Below are positions 48,988-63,666 of a DNA stretch of 64,000 nucleotides, in pieces. Source of the stretch: Malacoraja senta (taxonomy: Eukaryota); NCBI GenBank assembly GCA_038087875.1, contig JAXLNO010000546.1:1-64000 (forward strand). The letters are read 5' to 3'. A model generated the notes under the pieces. The model searched no databases. It saw nothing but the letters and a program-made list of their open reading frames with translations, and was not told the origin of the DNA. The position numbers were made by a program, and so were the translations under genes. How positions within the stretch are numbered: position 1 is the first letter of the stretch; each line of letters opens with the position of its first letter.

Positions 48988-51900
48988 TATAAAATAAATG
49001 TGTACGCTGCGACAGAGTGAAGCATGGTGGACATTGATGGGTGGCAATATTTTATACGTCCACAATTGATGTGATAAGAAAATCAAGGTTATTCTGCCAT
49101 TCGATGGCGGCTGATCTATCTTTCGCATTCAGTCGTTCTTCTGCCTTCTACCCATAACTCCTGTATCCGAACAATCAAAAATATATATCAATCTGCGCCC
49201 TAAAAATATGAATTGACTTACAACCTTCTGTGGCAATGAATTCCACATTCACCACCCTCCAACAAAAGAAATTGGAGTTTCCTCCAAGCGCATTACATTT
49301 CAAGTGATCAGTCGTGACTCTCACTGTATTACTTGAGTGGTCAAGATTAGAGGTCATCAGTAATAAACAAACTCGACAGCAGACAAAGAGAATTCAATCA
49401 GGGCCGTAGTAATTCAACGTATTTTTCAAAAGCTCAAACTCCGTGAAAGAAGTAGGCCGAAGAATGGATGCAGAGAAGATTTACGAGGATGTTGCCAGGA
49501 CATGAAGGCCTGAGCTATGGGAAGAGGTAGTGCAAGCTGGGATTCTTGCTTGGAGCGCAGGGGAAAGCGAATTTGTCTTTTTGGTGTGTACAAAACAAAG
49601 GATTAAGGAGAGGTAGGAAAGGTTTAATGGGAACCTGAGGGATAACGTTTCACGCAAATGTTGGTTGGTCTATGGAAAAAGTTGCCAGAGAAGATCGTTG
49701 AGGCAGGTGAAATGGCAAAGTTTAAGAAATATTTACACAGGTACAAGGATAGAACATGTTTCGTGGGATATGGGCCAAATGCAGTTAGGTGGGACGAGTG
49801 TAGCGGGCCATATTGGCCGATCTGGGCAGTTGGGCCATAGAGCCTATATCCATGAGGGAATACTCAATGACTATGATTCCATAGCTCTAATCATTTAAGG
49901 GAAGATGGTCGAACCTCATAGAGAGTGCACTGAACTCCTGGAACTCAGCGAAGACACATGCGACCAATCCCAAGGGGAACGGATAGCGGATGATACAGAT
50001 AGTGCCTTACACAGTCATTCTTTGACCAACTGTGTGAGTGTGTGTTTGTGCGTCCATGTGCGTGTGTGTTTATGGGCAGGGGTATCTCGAGCCGTGCATG
50101 TCATCTTTTCAGTAATATTCATATCCGATGGGGTGGCTGAGGAAATAACGTTTGATTCAGTGCAGAAAATGGACAGTCGACATTTCGAAATGAAGAATGA
50201 TTGTAATTTTAGACCACTATTCCTTCGCCGTTATTCCTTCGCTGTATTTACTCGTTGTTTTTTGTTAATTTGCCCGATTTTCTCCATAAATGGAAAAATA
50301 AATGGGTGAGCAAATGCAATGACGAATCTGTTCGTCAACGTGTCTGTTCATCTGGAGAAAGTCCAATTATCGAGCTGTGATGGGAATAAGTATGTGTGTT
50401 CTCAATCTTTACAACAGGGGTCAACGACAGAAGAGTCTACGTGAGTGCAGGCAGTTTTCTTATTAATTGGATCTGCAAACACATATATCAGTGTTGCAGA
50501 ATGAAGAAGACTGGGAATGGTAACAAGATATTGATCAGTTCCAGACCCAGCCGAAAATGTTGGTGGATTTACAGTAAAAGGAGCAGGTGTGAAGCAAAGA
50601 TATAAAATGTTCAGGGGAGGACAGAGACACTTAACAAGCATTTAATAAGACACTTAATGAGACACTTAACAAGCATTGCTGCAAAGCGTAATGATACGAT
50701 TTAACACAAGGGCTTCATTAACGTAGCAACATATGTAGATAGAGTGGGAAAACTGGCATATAGAGTGATAGTGTGGAAACAGGCCCTTCGGACAAACTCG
50801 CCCACACTGGCTAACTGTGTTCCAGCTACACTAGTCCAACTAGCGTGCGCTTGGTTCATATCCCTCCAAACCTGTCATATCCATGAACTTGTTTAACTGT
50901 TTCTTAAACCATGAGATAGTCCGCGCCTCACCTACCTCCTCTGGCATTTTGTTCCATATACCCACCACCCTTTGTGTGACGAAGTCACCGGATTACTTTT
51001 AAATCTTTTTTTCTTCACCTGTAACCTATGTCCTCTGGCTCTCGATTCCCCCTACTCTCGGCAAGATACAGTGCATCTAAACGATCTATCCATCTCATGA
51101 TTTTGTATTCCTCTGTAAGAACTCCCTTCATCCATCCATGGAATAGAGACCTAGCCTACTCTACTAAATTCACACTTCTTTGTATATAGTTTACTTTTTT
51201 TAATCAGTCTGGGTTTTTAATATGTTTAAGAAGGAGCTGCAGATGCTGGAAAGTCGAAGGTAGACAAAAATGCTGGAGAAACTCAGTGGGTGAGGCAGCA
51301 TCTATGGAGCGAATTTTTTATTTAATTTTTAATGGTTTTTAATATACTTATCAGAAAGAGATGTTGCAGTTGTATTCCATTTATATTAGGCTGCACTTGG
51401 GTTTTGCGTGCAGTACTGCTCAGTCAATTGTTGGAAGGATTTGTACTTTATAATGAGTTTGGCACAAGACGTTTGCAAATGTGCTGCTTCGATTGAGGAT
51501 ATGGACCGTTTGAAAAAAATGAACACTTGGATTGTATTCTCTCCTGCTGAGAAAGTGTGGGAGGCCTGTCCTTTGCTTCCAAAATTCTGAAAGGTACAGT
51601 TCGCAATAATGATACGTCAACTATTATAAGACGTAGGATTGAAGTCCGAGGGCAGAAACTTTAAATTACATGTGCTGGGCCCGGCCTATACACAGAGTGT
51701 GTTATCTATCTGGAACGCTTCGCCAAGGCAAATGGCGAAACAAGACGAGATGGCTGCGCTTTGGGGATGGGCCTCTGGAATGGGTTGACAAGAATCACCT
51801 GCATGCCCAAGTGATTTTTTTAATAAGGCATGATGTTTGACAAAGCTGTCTTGGGCCGTAGGGCCTTATCTTGTGCTGTATTGTTCTCTACCCCATACTT

Positions 51901-54900
51901 AAACAGGCGGATCAGTGGTTGGGCTAAACAACAATGGAGGAAGTATATTATGAGGAAGTGTGTAGTCTTCCAGTTCTTCAGAAAATATATTGACGTCGGA
52001 GAAGGAGTTCGTAGATCATGAGGAACATGAAGTCGGCATGATATTTGCGAGTGGCTGCGAACGCAAATTGATTGTGACTTTTCAGATAAAGGAACATTTG
52101 TTTTGATCGCACGCGAATCGTGCGAAACTTCAGATTTCTATGCTTCTTGTCAAATATATTTGCATTTAGTTACCGAGATTATCCAAATGGTAATATATTT
52201 GCCCAGTGAATTAATAGTTGTGTATGTAGGTGAGACAATACGTTAAAAAAAAGAAAATCGAACATTGATCGGATATGTTAAAGGGATTTGGACTAAACGT
52301 GAGAAATTGCAACGTTGTGCGCCTTACCTGGTTCCCACCCTGGTATCCCACCACTTTAAACTCTCGACTAGAATTTGCCTAAATGCTTCCGAGAATAACA
52401 AGACGTTCAGCAGATCTATCACACAATTCAGCAAGTCAGCCTGCCCTGGAAGTTTGAATCGCACTGAATGCTGGGATCGATGAGGGTCCATTGCTGTTTG
52501 TGTCTTGGGTAAGAATGTACAAGGCTTGATAAGTAAGTTTGCAGATACCATGAAAGTAGATGGCATTGCAGATAGCAAAGATTGTTATCGATATTTATGG
52601 CAGCCGAGGAATTGCTACAGATGTTTAATTCAGTACAATGTGACATGTTGCATTTTCGGAAGTCAAACCAAGACAAAAAATTCACAATGCATGGTCTACC
52701 GAGTAATGTAGCAGTAAACATGCCCGTTTTCTTACAAAGTGGAAATTCGTTGGTCCACAAATTCTGTACCTGAAGCTATTAATGTGGCATGCATTTAGCA
52801 AACCTGTACCTGCAATTGCCTCCATTTTGTAACTGTCCCCGGATCCTGCTATTCCACCGGGTGGCGCCGCGAGCGGAAGCCTCGCCAGCAGCCGTTTGTG
52901 ATTTGGACTATTATTTTTTTTAGTGTGTCTAAAATGTCTGTTTTCATGTTTCTCGGTATGTGGTATGTGGGGGGGGGAGATCGGGGGATAGCTTTATCAG
53001 TCACTTACCTCGAGGAAGATGATTCTTTTCTGTGTGTCGCATCTTCGCCCACCTCGCGGCCTAACAACTGGATAGGTGTGGCCTTGCCCGGTCACCGGCC
53101 TGGAGCCGCTGACGCGGTGCGGACTTCAACATCGCGGAGCTGCGATCATTTGCCGAGGATAACCGATGTTGGAGCTCTGAGCGCACCCGTTGGCTTTAAC
53201 ACCATGAAGCAGCGGTCTCCGGTAGGAAGCGGCCGATTCGGGAACTCCAGGCCGCGGTGTGTTCCGATCCATCCCGACGTCGCAGTTTCGATCATCCCGA
53301 CGAGAGGGCTTGAACATCGGACCATCCACAACGGCAAGTGCGTAGGGTTCAATGCCCCGACCACGGGTGAACAAAGGAGGAAGATGACTGAACTTTATTG
53401 CCTTCCAACACAGTAAGGTTGCTAATTACACTGTGGTGGATGTTTATGTTAAAGTTATTGTGTATTGTGTTATTTTAATTTGTGTGGGTGTGTCGTAACT
53501 CAAATATCACTGAATCTTAATTTGTGCATGTGACAATAAATGTGAACTGAACATTGTTCACTGTGAAGGTACTGCTCTGGTTTCTATCCCAAAATGCAAC
53601 AACTCTCATTTAGTTGCATTAAACTCTATTGAACATTATTCAACTCACTAGCCGAACACTCTTCTATTTCTGCACAAGTACTAATCCTGCTATTGACATT
53701 CTCATCCATATTGTGGATTTAAACCACACGCAGCAATGGGCGTAGCACCAATACCTAAGGCACACCACGACTCACAAGCTTCCAGCCCGAAAAACAAGCG
53801 TCCGCCACCTCCCTCTGCTTCCATCTATGAGAACAATTCTTTATCGATTCGGCTAGCTCTTCCATATCGTCCATAGCAGCTTCCCATGCTTGATTGAGGT
53901 GGTGCATTTTCGAATGTTTATTACCGGTACAACGAGGGTATTGAGCATTAAATTGTCTACGGTCTTAATTCCATATTTTCCGTTGGACAGACAGTCAGTT
54001 GGATAATTGTAGTGAGAAGGCATGCCCACACTAGGCAGGCTGAAGCTATATAATTTTAGTTAACCCCTGCAGCTGTGGTTCTAGTATAAATCTAGCGACC
54101 ATAGATTGGAGCGAGGAGCAGTAGATCAGAATGGCTGCAGATGATTTGCTAATAACTGAACATATTCTCTGTTGACCAGCAAATACATGATGGGTGGAAA
54201 TGCATATTTCTGTTGTGCCAGATGCAATGATTCTTATCATATCGCTTATCAATATCTGTTTTATCCTTTCTTATAGGGTATACCCGCCCTGTGCCGGTCA
54301 CTTCTGCATTTATTATCTGACGCATGTTTGCCGATTATTCAGCTGCAGGTAAGGGTTTTCATGCACTATGATTAGCTGCCTTAGTCGTTAATACACATGT
54401 TTTCATTATGTTTGATTCATTTCTGCTCACGCATGCATACGAAATGAGATCGTTCTGTTCTTCACTTTTCACTCACTTCAAGTTCGGTGTCATGCCAAAA
54501 TGTGATGTCTCTACCGCCAGGCACTGTTAACAGATAACCCGTTCTCTGTATCATGAGACAGAGACACCTTGCTGTCGGAAAAGATGAGAAGTAGGGCGAT
54601 ACTTATATTAATATGTTCCGTATATTAGTTATATTCTGTGGAACGCCGTATGTTACTCAAACTTCACATGTTCATAGCACCTGTCATATTTAACAGATAA
54701 CGCGTTCTTTTGGGACGTCATACAAGGGCAGGACCTGCACAGTGAATGGTAGGGCTCCGGGGAGTTGGTAGATCAGAGGGCCCCAGAAATGCAGGTGCAT
54801 GGTTCCTTGAAGGTTGTCACAGGTGGATATAGTGGCAAAAAAGGCTTTCGGCACATTGGCCTTTATCAGTCAGAGTATTGAATATAGAAATTGGGAGGTC

Positions 54901-55244
54901 ATGTTGCAGTTGTATAAGGCGTTGTTGAGACCGTATTTGGAATATTTTGTTCAGTTCTGGGCAACAAGTTATAAGAAAGATATTGTCAAGTTTGAAATGT
55001 TCAGAAAGGATTTACGAGGATGTTGCCAGGACTAGAGGGTGACAGCTATTGGGAGAGGTTGAGTAGGCTGGGTGGCTATTCCATGGAGCGTTGGAGGATG
55101 AGAGGAGATCTTATGGAGGTATACAACATCATGATCGGGTAGATGCACAGCATTTTACCCAGAGTATGGGAATCAAGGACCAGAGAACATAGGTTCAAGG
55201 CGAAGGGGAAAATATATAATAGGAATCTGAGTGGTAACACTTTC
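48811..55244 (+). repeat. Left arm of large inverted duplication
   Basis: Colinear reverse-complement match to 57151-63666, e.g. ORFs 51830+/60426-, 51408+/60778-, 49658+/62606-, 54046-/58145+. Contains many old CR1 fragments. Confidence 0.93.
52855..53555 (+). mobile_element. GC-rich SINE-like retroposon (mirrored at 58850-59562, minus)
   Basis: cgggtggcgcc start, family hairpin 53404-53440, gtgcatgtgacaataaa tail. Confidence 0.7.
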
Positions 55245-57150
55245 GTGAACCGTACCATACGGCGTTCCGTGGAATATAACGAATGTTCTACGGAATGCAT
55301 TAATATAAGTATCTCTCTCTCTCTCAGTCTCTCTTATTCTTTGTGATAGCCAAGAGTCTGTGTCTCATTATACAGATAACGCGTTACCTGTTAACTATGA
55401 TTGGCGTTATGGACATGTGAGGCTTGCGAAGAATACAGCGTTCCATAGAATATAACTAATATTCTACGGATCCCATTAATATATATATCGCTCTCCCTCT
55501 CATCCCTTGTGACATCCAAGTGGCTGTGTCTCATTATACAAAAAACGGTTAATCTGTAGCCATGACTGCCGCTATAGACATCATCAGAATTTTCCATGAC
55601 ACCGATTTCAATGTGAGTGGAAAGTGAGGAGCAGGTTACGTGCAGCAAACCTGGTCACAAAGTGTGAATTGATGACAAGAGACTAAGGCGGCCGATCAGA
55701 GTGTCCTAACGTCATAAGGTCATAAGAATAGGAGTAGAATTAGCCCATTTGGTCCATTAAATGTTCTCCGCCATTTAAACACGGGTCGTCTATCTCTCCC
55801 TCCTAACCCCATTCTCCTGCCTTATCCCCATAATCGCTGACAACTGTTCTAATCACGAATCTATATATCTCTGCCTTCAAAATATCCACTAATTTGGCCT
55901 TCACGGCATTCTGTGGCAAATAATTCGATAGCTTCACCAGCGTTATGAAAACAGTTACCTGGGGCAGACTGATCAGCAAGCATGCGTCAGAGAGCCACGG
56001 CGGCAGAAAGTTGCACATTCTACTCCGCTCCAGAGAAAACGTTCAAATATGTCAAAACGCTCCTCAGTCATATCCTGCAATCAAAGTAGCAATCTTGTAA
56101 ACGTCTTCTGCCACATTCAATAACACCTCAAAATCCTTCCAGCAATTGGCAGAGCAGTACTGCACGCAATACTCCCACTGCAGTCTGACCTAAATGGAAT
56201 ACAACTGCAACATCACTTTCAAATAATTTTATTAAATACCCCGACCGATAAAGGAACGTAGACCATATGCCAGTTTATTCTATAGGTGTTAAAAACTTTA
56301 GGAAGCCCTTGAGTTAGATAGAGTCATTCCACTTTGCATCAATGCTGTTAGGTTTCTTCTCATAAACTGCATAATTTCCCGTAGCATCCCATCTCTTCGC
56401 TTCACACCCGCTCCTTATATTGTAAATATATCCACCATTCCGTTGTGATCTGGAACTGACCAACATCTTGTTTGCACTCACAGTCTATTTCAGTCTGCAA
56501 CTCGATATATATATTTGGAGATTCCCATCAGAAGTGAATGTTCTTGAAATTATGAAATACACTGAAAGGGCCACACCTCCCCCATACACACATACGCACA
56601 CAGACGCCCAAGCACACAGTCACACCGTTGGTCAAATAATGCCTGACCTAGTATCTATCTGTATCAACTGCCATCCGTTTCCCTTGGCATTGGGAACGAT
56701 ATGATAAGACTCATTGAATCTGGCAAAACAGAAATATATATTTCCAACCATCAACCGAGAATATGCTCATATATTAGCAAGTCATCTGGAAGCTGACGTT
56801 TCACACGATTCTTAAGCGTCGTATAATAACATATATTCCATATTCCTTCTTCTTTAACTGAAAAGTCCCAATTAACTTGCGTTCGCAGTCACTCGCAAAC
56901 ATTATGCCGAATTCATGTTACTCATGCTCGAGAGTCATAGAGTCCCAGAGTGATACAGTGTGGAAACAGGCCCTTCAGCCTAACACCCCCACACCGGCCA
57001 ACAATGTCCCAGCTACCCAAGTCCCACTTGCCTGCGCTTGGTCCATAACCCTCCAAACCTGTCCTACTGTTTCTTCTTAAACGGTGGGATTGTCACAGCC
57101 TCAGGTACCTCCTCTGGGAGCTTTTTCCATACACCCACGGCCATCAGTGT

Positions 57151-60100
57151 GAAAAAGTGACCACTCAGATTCCTATTAAATATTTTCCCGTTCGCCTTGA
57201 ACCTATGTTCTCTGGTCCTTGATTCCCATACTCTGGGTAAAAGACTGTGCATCTACCCGATCATGATTTTGTATACCGCCGTAAGATCTCCTCTCATCCT
57301 CCTACGCTCCATGGAATAGCCACCCAACCTACTCAACCTCTCCCTGGAGCTCAAACCCTCTAGTCCTGGCAACATCTTCGTAAATCCTTTCTGAACCATT
57401 TCAAGCTTGACAATATCTTTCCTGTAACATGTTGCCCAGAACTGAACAAATTATTCTAAATGCGAACTCATCAACGCCTTATACAACTGCAACATGACCT
57501 CCCAACTTCAATACTCAATATTCTGTCTGATGAAGGCCAATGTGCTGAAAGCCTTTTCGACCACTGTATCCACCTGTGACAACATTCAAAGAACCATGCA
57601 CCTGCACTCCTGCAGCCCTCTCATCTACCAGCTCCGCGGAGCCCTACCATTCACTGTGCAGGTCCTGACCTTGTTTGACGTCCCAAAAGAACGCGTTATC
57701 TGTTACATATGACTGGCGGTATGGACATGTGAGGTTTGAGTAGCATACGGCGTTCCACAGAATATAACTAATATACGGAACCTATTAATATAAATAACGC
57801 CCTACTTCTCATCCTTTCCGACAGCAAGGTGTCTCTGTCTCATGATACAGAGCACGGGTTATCTGTTAACAGTGACTGGCGGTAGAGACATCAAATTTTG
57901 GCATGACACCGAACTTGAAGTGAGCGGAAAGTGAAGAACAGAACGGACTAATTTCGTATGCATCCGTGAGCAGTAATTAAGCAAACATAATGAAAACATG
58001 TGTATTAACGACTAAGGCAGCAGATCATAGTGCAGGAAAACCCTTACCTGCAGCTGAATAACCGGCAAACATGCGTCAGATAATAAATGCAGAAGTGACC
58101 GGCACAGGGCGGGTATACCCGATAAACAAGGGATAACGCAGATATTGATAAGCGATATGATAAGAATCATTGCATCTGACACAACAGAAATATGCATTTC
58201 CACCCATCATGTATTTGCTGGTCAACAGAGAATATGCTCCGTTATTAGCAAATCATCTGCAGCCATTCTGATCTACTGTACTCGCTCCGATCTATGGTCG
58301 CTAGATTTATACCAAGAACCACAGCTGCAGGGGTTAACTAATATAATATAGCTTCATCCTGCCTAGTCTGGGCAAGCCTCCTCACTACAATTATCCAACT
58401 GCTTGTCTGTCCTACGGATAATATGGAATTTAAACCATAGAACATTTAATGCTCAATACCCTCGTTGTATCCGTAATAAACTTTAAAAATGCACTAATCA
58501 AGCCTGGCAGGATGCTGTGGACGTTTACATCTCAGGGAATCCAGGAAGAGCTAGCCGAATTGATAAAGAATTGTTCTCATAGATGGAAGCAGAGGGAGGT
58601 GGCGGACGTTTGTAATTCGGGCTGGAAGCTTGTGAGTCGTGGTGTGCCTTAGGTATTGGTGCTATGCCCATTGTTGCGTGTGCTTTGTATCCGCAATATG
58701 GATGAGAATGTCGATAGTAGGATTAGAACTTGTGCAGAAGATACAAGAGTTTTTGGCTAGTGAGTTGAAATGTTCAATAGAGTTTAATGCAACTAAGTGA
58801 GAGTTGTTGCATTTTGGGATAGAAACCAGTGCAGTACCTTCAGAGTGAACAAAGTTCAAATTCACATTTATTGTCACATGCACCTATTAAGATACAGTGA
58901 TATTTGAGTTACGATACACCCACACAAATAAAAATAACACATTACACAATAAATTTAACATAAACATCCATCACAGTGTAATTAGCAACCTCACTGTGAT
59001 GGAAGGCAATATAGTTCAGTAATCTTTCTCCTTTGTGCACCCGTGGTCGGGGCGTTGAACCCTACGCACTTGCCGTTGTGGATGGTCCGATGTTCAAGCC
59101 CTCTCGCCGGGATGATCGAAACTGCGACGTCGGGATGGATCGGAACACACCGCGGCCTGGAGTTCCTGAATCGGCCGCTTCCTACCGGAGACCGCTGCTT
59201 CATGGTGTTAAAGTCAACGGGTGCACGCACAGAGCTCTAACACTGGCTATACTCGGCAAAGGATCGCAGCTCCGCGATGTTGACGTCCGCGCCGTGCCAG
59301 CGGCTCCAGTCTGATGTCCGGGCAAGACCACACCTATCCAGTTGTTAGGCTGCGAGCTGGGCGAAGATGCGACACACAGAAAAGAATCATCTTCCTCGAG
59401 GTAAGTGACTGAAAAAGCTATCCCCCGACCACCCCCCCCCCCCCCACATACATCATACCGATAAACATGAAAACATGCATTTTGGACACACTAAAAATAA
59501 CAAAAATAGTCCAAAGCACAAACGGCTGCTGGTGAGGCTGCCGCTCGCGTCGCCACCCGGTGGAATGGCAGGATCCGGGGACAGCTACAAAATGGAGGCA
59601 ATTGCAGGTACAGGTTTGCTACATGCATGTCACATTAATAGGTTCAGGTACAGTATTTCTGGACCAACGAGTATCCACTTTGTAGGGAAACGTGCATGTT
59701 TACTGCTACATTACTCCGTAGACCATGCATTGTGAAAGTCTAGTCTTGGTTTGACTTCCGGAAATGCAACATCTCACATTGTACTGCATTAAACATCTTT
59801 AGCAATTCCTCGGCTGCTATAAATATCGATAACAATCTTTTCTATCTGCAATGCCATCTACTTTCGCAGTATCTGCAAACTTACTAATCAAGCCTTGTAC
59901 ATTCTTACCCAAGACACAAACTGCAATGGCCCCGCACCGATCCCAGCATTCAATGCGATTCAAACTTCCAGGGCAAGCTGACTTGCTGAATTGTGTGATA
60001 GATCTGCTGAACGTCTTCCTCAGAAGGATTTAGCTAAATTCTAGTCGGGAGTTTAAAGTAGTGGGACACGATGGTGGGAACCAGGTAAGGAGGACAGTAT

Positions 60101-63100
60101 GTCCACGGCGACACAGGGCACACAACGTTACAAATTCTCACGTTTAGTCCAAATCCCTTTCAACATATCCGATCAATGTTCGATTTTCTTTTTTTTTGTA
60201 TTGTCTCATCTACATTCACAACTATTAATTCATTGGGCAAATATATTACCATTTGGATAATCTCGGTAAATAAATGCAAAATCATTTGACATAAAGCATA
60301 GAAATCTGAAGTTTCGCACGATTCGTCTGCGATCATAAACATATTTTCCTTTAACTGAAAAGTCACAATCAATTTGCGTTCGCAGTCACTCGCAAATATC
60401 ATGCCGACTTCATGTTCCTCATGGTCTACGTCCTCCTTCCCCGACTTAAATATATGTTTCTGAAGAACTGGATGACCACACACTTCCTCGTAATATAATT
60501 CATCCATTGTTGTTTAGCCCAACCACTGATCCGACTGTTTAAGTATGGGGTACAGAACAATACAGCACAAGATAAGGCCCTACGGCCCAAGACAGCTTTG
60601 TCAAACATCATGCCATATTTCGAAAAATCACTTGTGCATGCAGGTGAATCTTGTCAACCCATTCCAGAGGCCCATCCCCAAAGCGCAGCCATCTTATCTT
60701 GTTTCACCACTAGCCTTGGCGTAGCGTTCTAGATAATTAACACACTCTGGGTATAGGCCGGGCCCCGCACATGTAATTTAAAGTTTCTGCCCTCGGACTT
60801 CAATCCGATGTCTTCTCATATTTGACGTACCATTATTGCGGAAGACGTTTGCACTATGCGAACTGTACCTTTCAGAATTTTGGAAGCAAAAGACAGGCCT
60901 CCCCCAATTTCTCAGCAGGAGAGAAAACAATCCAAGTGTGTTCATTTTTTTCAAACGGTCCATATCCTCAATCGAAGCAGCACATTTGCAAACGTCTTGT
61001 GCCAAACTCATTATAACCTCCAAATCCTTCCAACAATTGACTGAGCAGTACTGCACGCAAAACCCAAGTGCAGCCTAATATAAATGGAATACAATTGCAA
61101 CATCTCTTTCTGATAATTATATTAAAAAACATTAAAAACTATATTAAAAATTCGCTCCATGGATGCTGCCTCACCCACTGAGTTTCTCCAGCATTTTTGT
61201 CTACCTTCCACTTTCCAGCATTTGCAGCTCCTTCTTAAACATATTAAAAACCCAGACTGATTAAAAAAAGTATACTATATACAAAGAAGTGTGTATTTAG
61301 TAGAGTAGACTGGGTCTCTATTCCATGGATGGAAGAGGGGAGTTCTTACAGAGGAATACACAATCATGAGAGGGATAGATCGGTTAGATGCACAGTGTCT
61401 TGCCCAAAGTAGGAGAATCGAGAGCCAGAGGACATAGGTTCAAGTTGAAGAAAAGAAGATTTAAAAGGCATCCGAGGGGTGACTTTTTCACACAACGGGT
61501 GGTGGGTATATGGAACAAAATGGCAGAGGAGGTAGGTGAGGCTCGGATTATCTCATGGTTTAAGAAACCGTTAAACAAGTATATGGATAGGACAAGTTTG
61601 GAGGGACATGAACCAAGCGCAGGCAAGTGGGACCAGTGTAGCTGGGACATTGTCAGCCATTGTGGGCGAGTTTGTCCGAAGGGCCTGCTTCCACACTATC
61701 ACTCTATGACTCTATATGCCAGTTTTCCCACTCTATCTACATATGTTTCTACGTTAATGAAGTCCTTGTGTTAAATCGTATCATTCCACTTTGCAGTGAT
61801 GCTTGTTAAGTGTCTTCTCATTAACTCTATCCTTCCCCTTAACATTTTATATCTGTGCTTCACAACTGCTCCTTTTACGGTAAATCCACCAACATTTTCG
61901 GCTGGGTCTGGAACTGATCAATATCTTGTTACCATTCCCAGTCTTCTTCATTCTGCAACTCTGATATTTTTGTTTGCAGATCCAATCAATAAGAAAACTG
62001 CCTACACTCACGTAGACTCTTCTGTCGTTGACCTCCGTTGTAAAGATTGAGAACTCACATACTTACTCCCATCGCAGCTCGATAATTGTGCTTTCTCCAG
62101 ATGAACAGACACGTTGACAAACAGATTCGTCATTGGATTTGCTCAGCCATTTATTTTTTCCATTTATGGAATAAATCGGGCAAATGAACCAAAACAACGA
62201 GTAAATAAATACAGCGAAGGAATAACGTCATTTCAGTGGTCTAAAATTACAAGCATTCTTCATTTCGTAACGTCGACTGTCCATTTTCTGCACACATGCT
62301 GCCTGACACACTTAATCAAACGTTATCTCGTCAACCACCCCATCGGGAATGAATATTCATGAAAAGATGATATGCACGGCACGAGATACCCCTGCCCATA
62401 AACATACACGCACATGGACGCACAAACACACACTCACACAGTTGGTCAAAGAATGCCTGTGTATGGCACTAGCTGTATCAATCGCCATCCGTTCCCCTTG
62501 GGATTGGTCGCATGTGTCTTCGCTGAGTTCCATGAGTTCAGCATAGTGCGCTCTCTATGAGGTTCGATCATCTTCCCTTAAATAATTAGAGCTATGGAAT
62601 CATAGTCATTGAGTATTTCCTCGTGGATATACGGTATATGGCCCAACTGCCCAGATCGGCCAACATGGCCCGCTACACTCGTCCCACCTAACTGCATGTG
62701 GCCCATATCCCTCTAAACATGTTCTATCCTTGTACCTGTGTAAATATTTCTTAATCTTTGCCATTTTACCTGCCTCAACGATCTTCTCTGGCAACTCTTT
62801 CCATACAACAACCAACATTTGCGTGAAACGTTATCCGTCAGGTTCGCATTAAACCTTTCCTTCCTCTCCTTAATCCTTTGTTTTGTACACCTCAAATATA
62901 TAAATTCGCTTCCCCCTGCGCTCCAAGCAAGAGTCCATGCTTGCACAACCTATTCCCATAGCTCAGGCCTTCATGTCCTGGCAACATCCTCGTAAATCTT
63001 CTCTGCATCCATTCTTCAGCCTTCTTCTTTCGCGGAGTTTGAGCTCTCGAAAAATACGTTGATTTGCTACGGCCCTGATTGAATTCTCTTTGTCTGCTGT

Positions 63101-63666
63101 CGAGGTTGTTTATTACTGATCACTTCTTATCTTGGCCACTCAAGTAATACAGTGAGAGTCACGACTGATCACTTGGAATGTAATGCGCTTGGAGGAAACT
63201 CCAATTTCTTTTGTTGGAGGGTGGTGAATGTCGAATTCATTGCCACAGAAGGTTGTAAGGGGGGCAAGTCAATTCATATTTTTAGGGCGGAGATTGGTAT
63301 ATTTTGATTGTACGGATTCAGGAGTTATTGGTAGAAGGCAGAAGAATGAGTTTGAAGGCGAAAGATAAATCAGCCACGATCGAATGGCGGAATAACCTTG
63401 AATTTCTCATCACATCAATTTATCAACATGAAAACTTTGAATGGAGTCATGTTAAATATAAGGACGCAGCGTACACATTTATTTTATACTAGACTAAGTG
63501 GGACCCGTTGGGTCCCATGTTCACACGAGAGGGCTGGTCCCCCAATGCTTCGCCAATTACACCTTTCCGCCATTTCCAATATTGATGGCCAGTGGGGGGG
63601 GGGGGGTTCTGGAGCGCTGGTATGTGTGTTGTGGGCTGGTTTACAGAGGGCTAATATGGACATTGT
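57151..63666 (-). repeat. Right arm of large inverted duplication
   Basis: Mirror of 48811-55244; match stops at an L2 insertion at 63667 and may continue beyond the window. Confidence 0.93.

Noticed and set aside
60160..60507. 115-aa ORF as a functional CDS
   Set aside because: No recognisable domain; mirrored copy (~51930-52280) has indels and stops; kept only as a lead.
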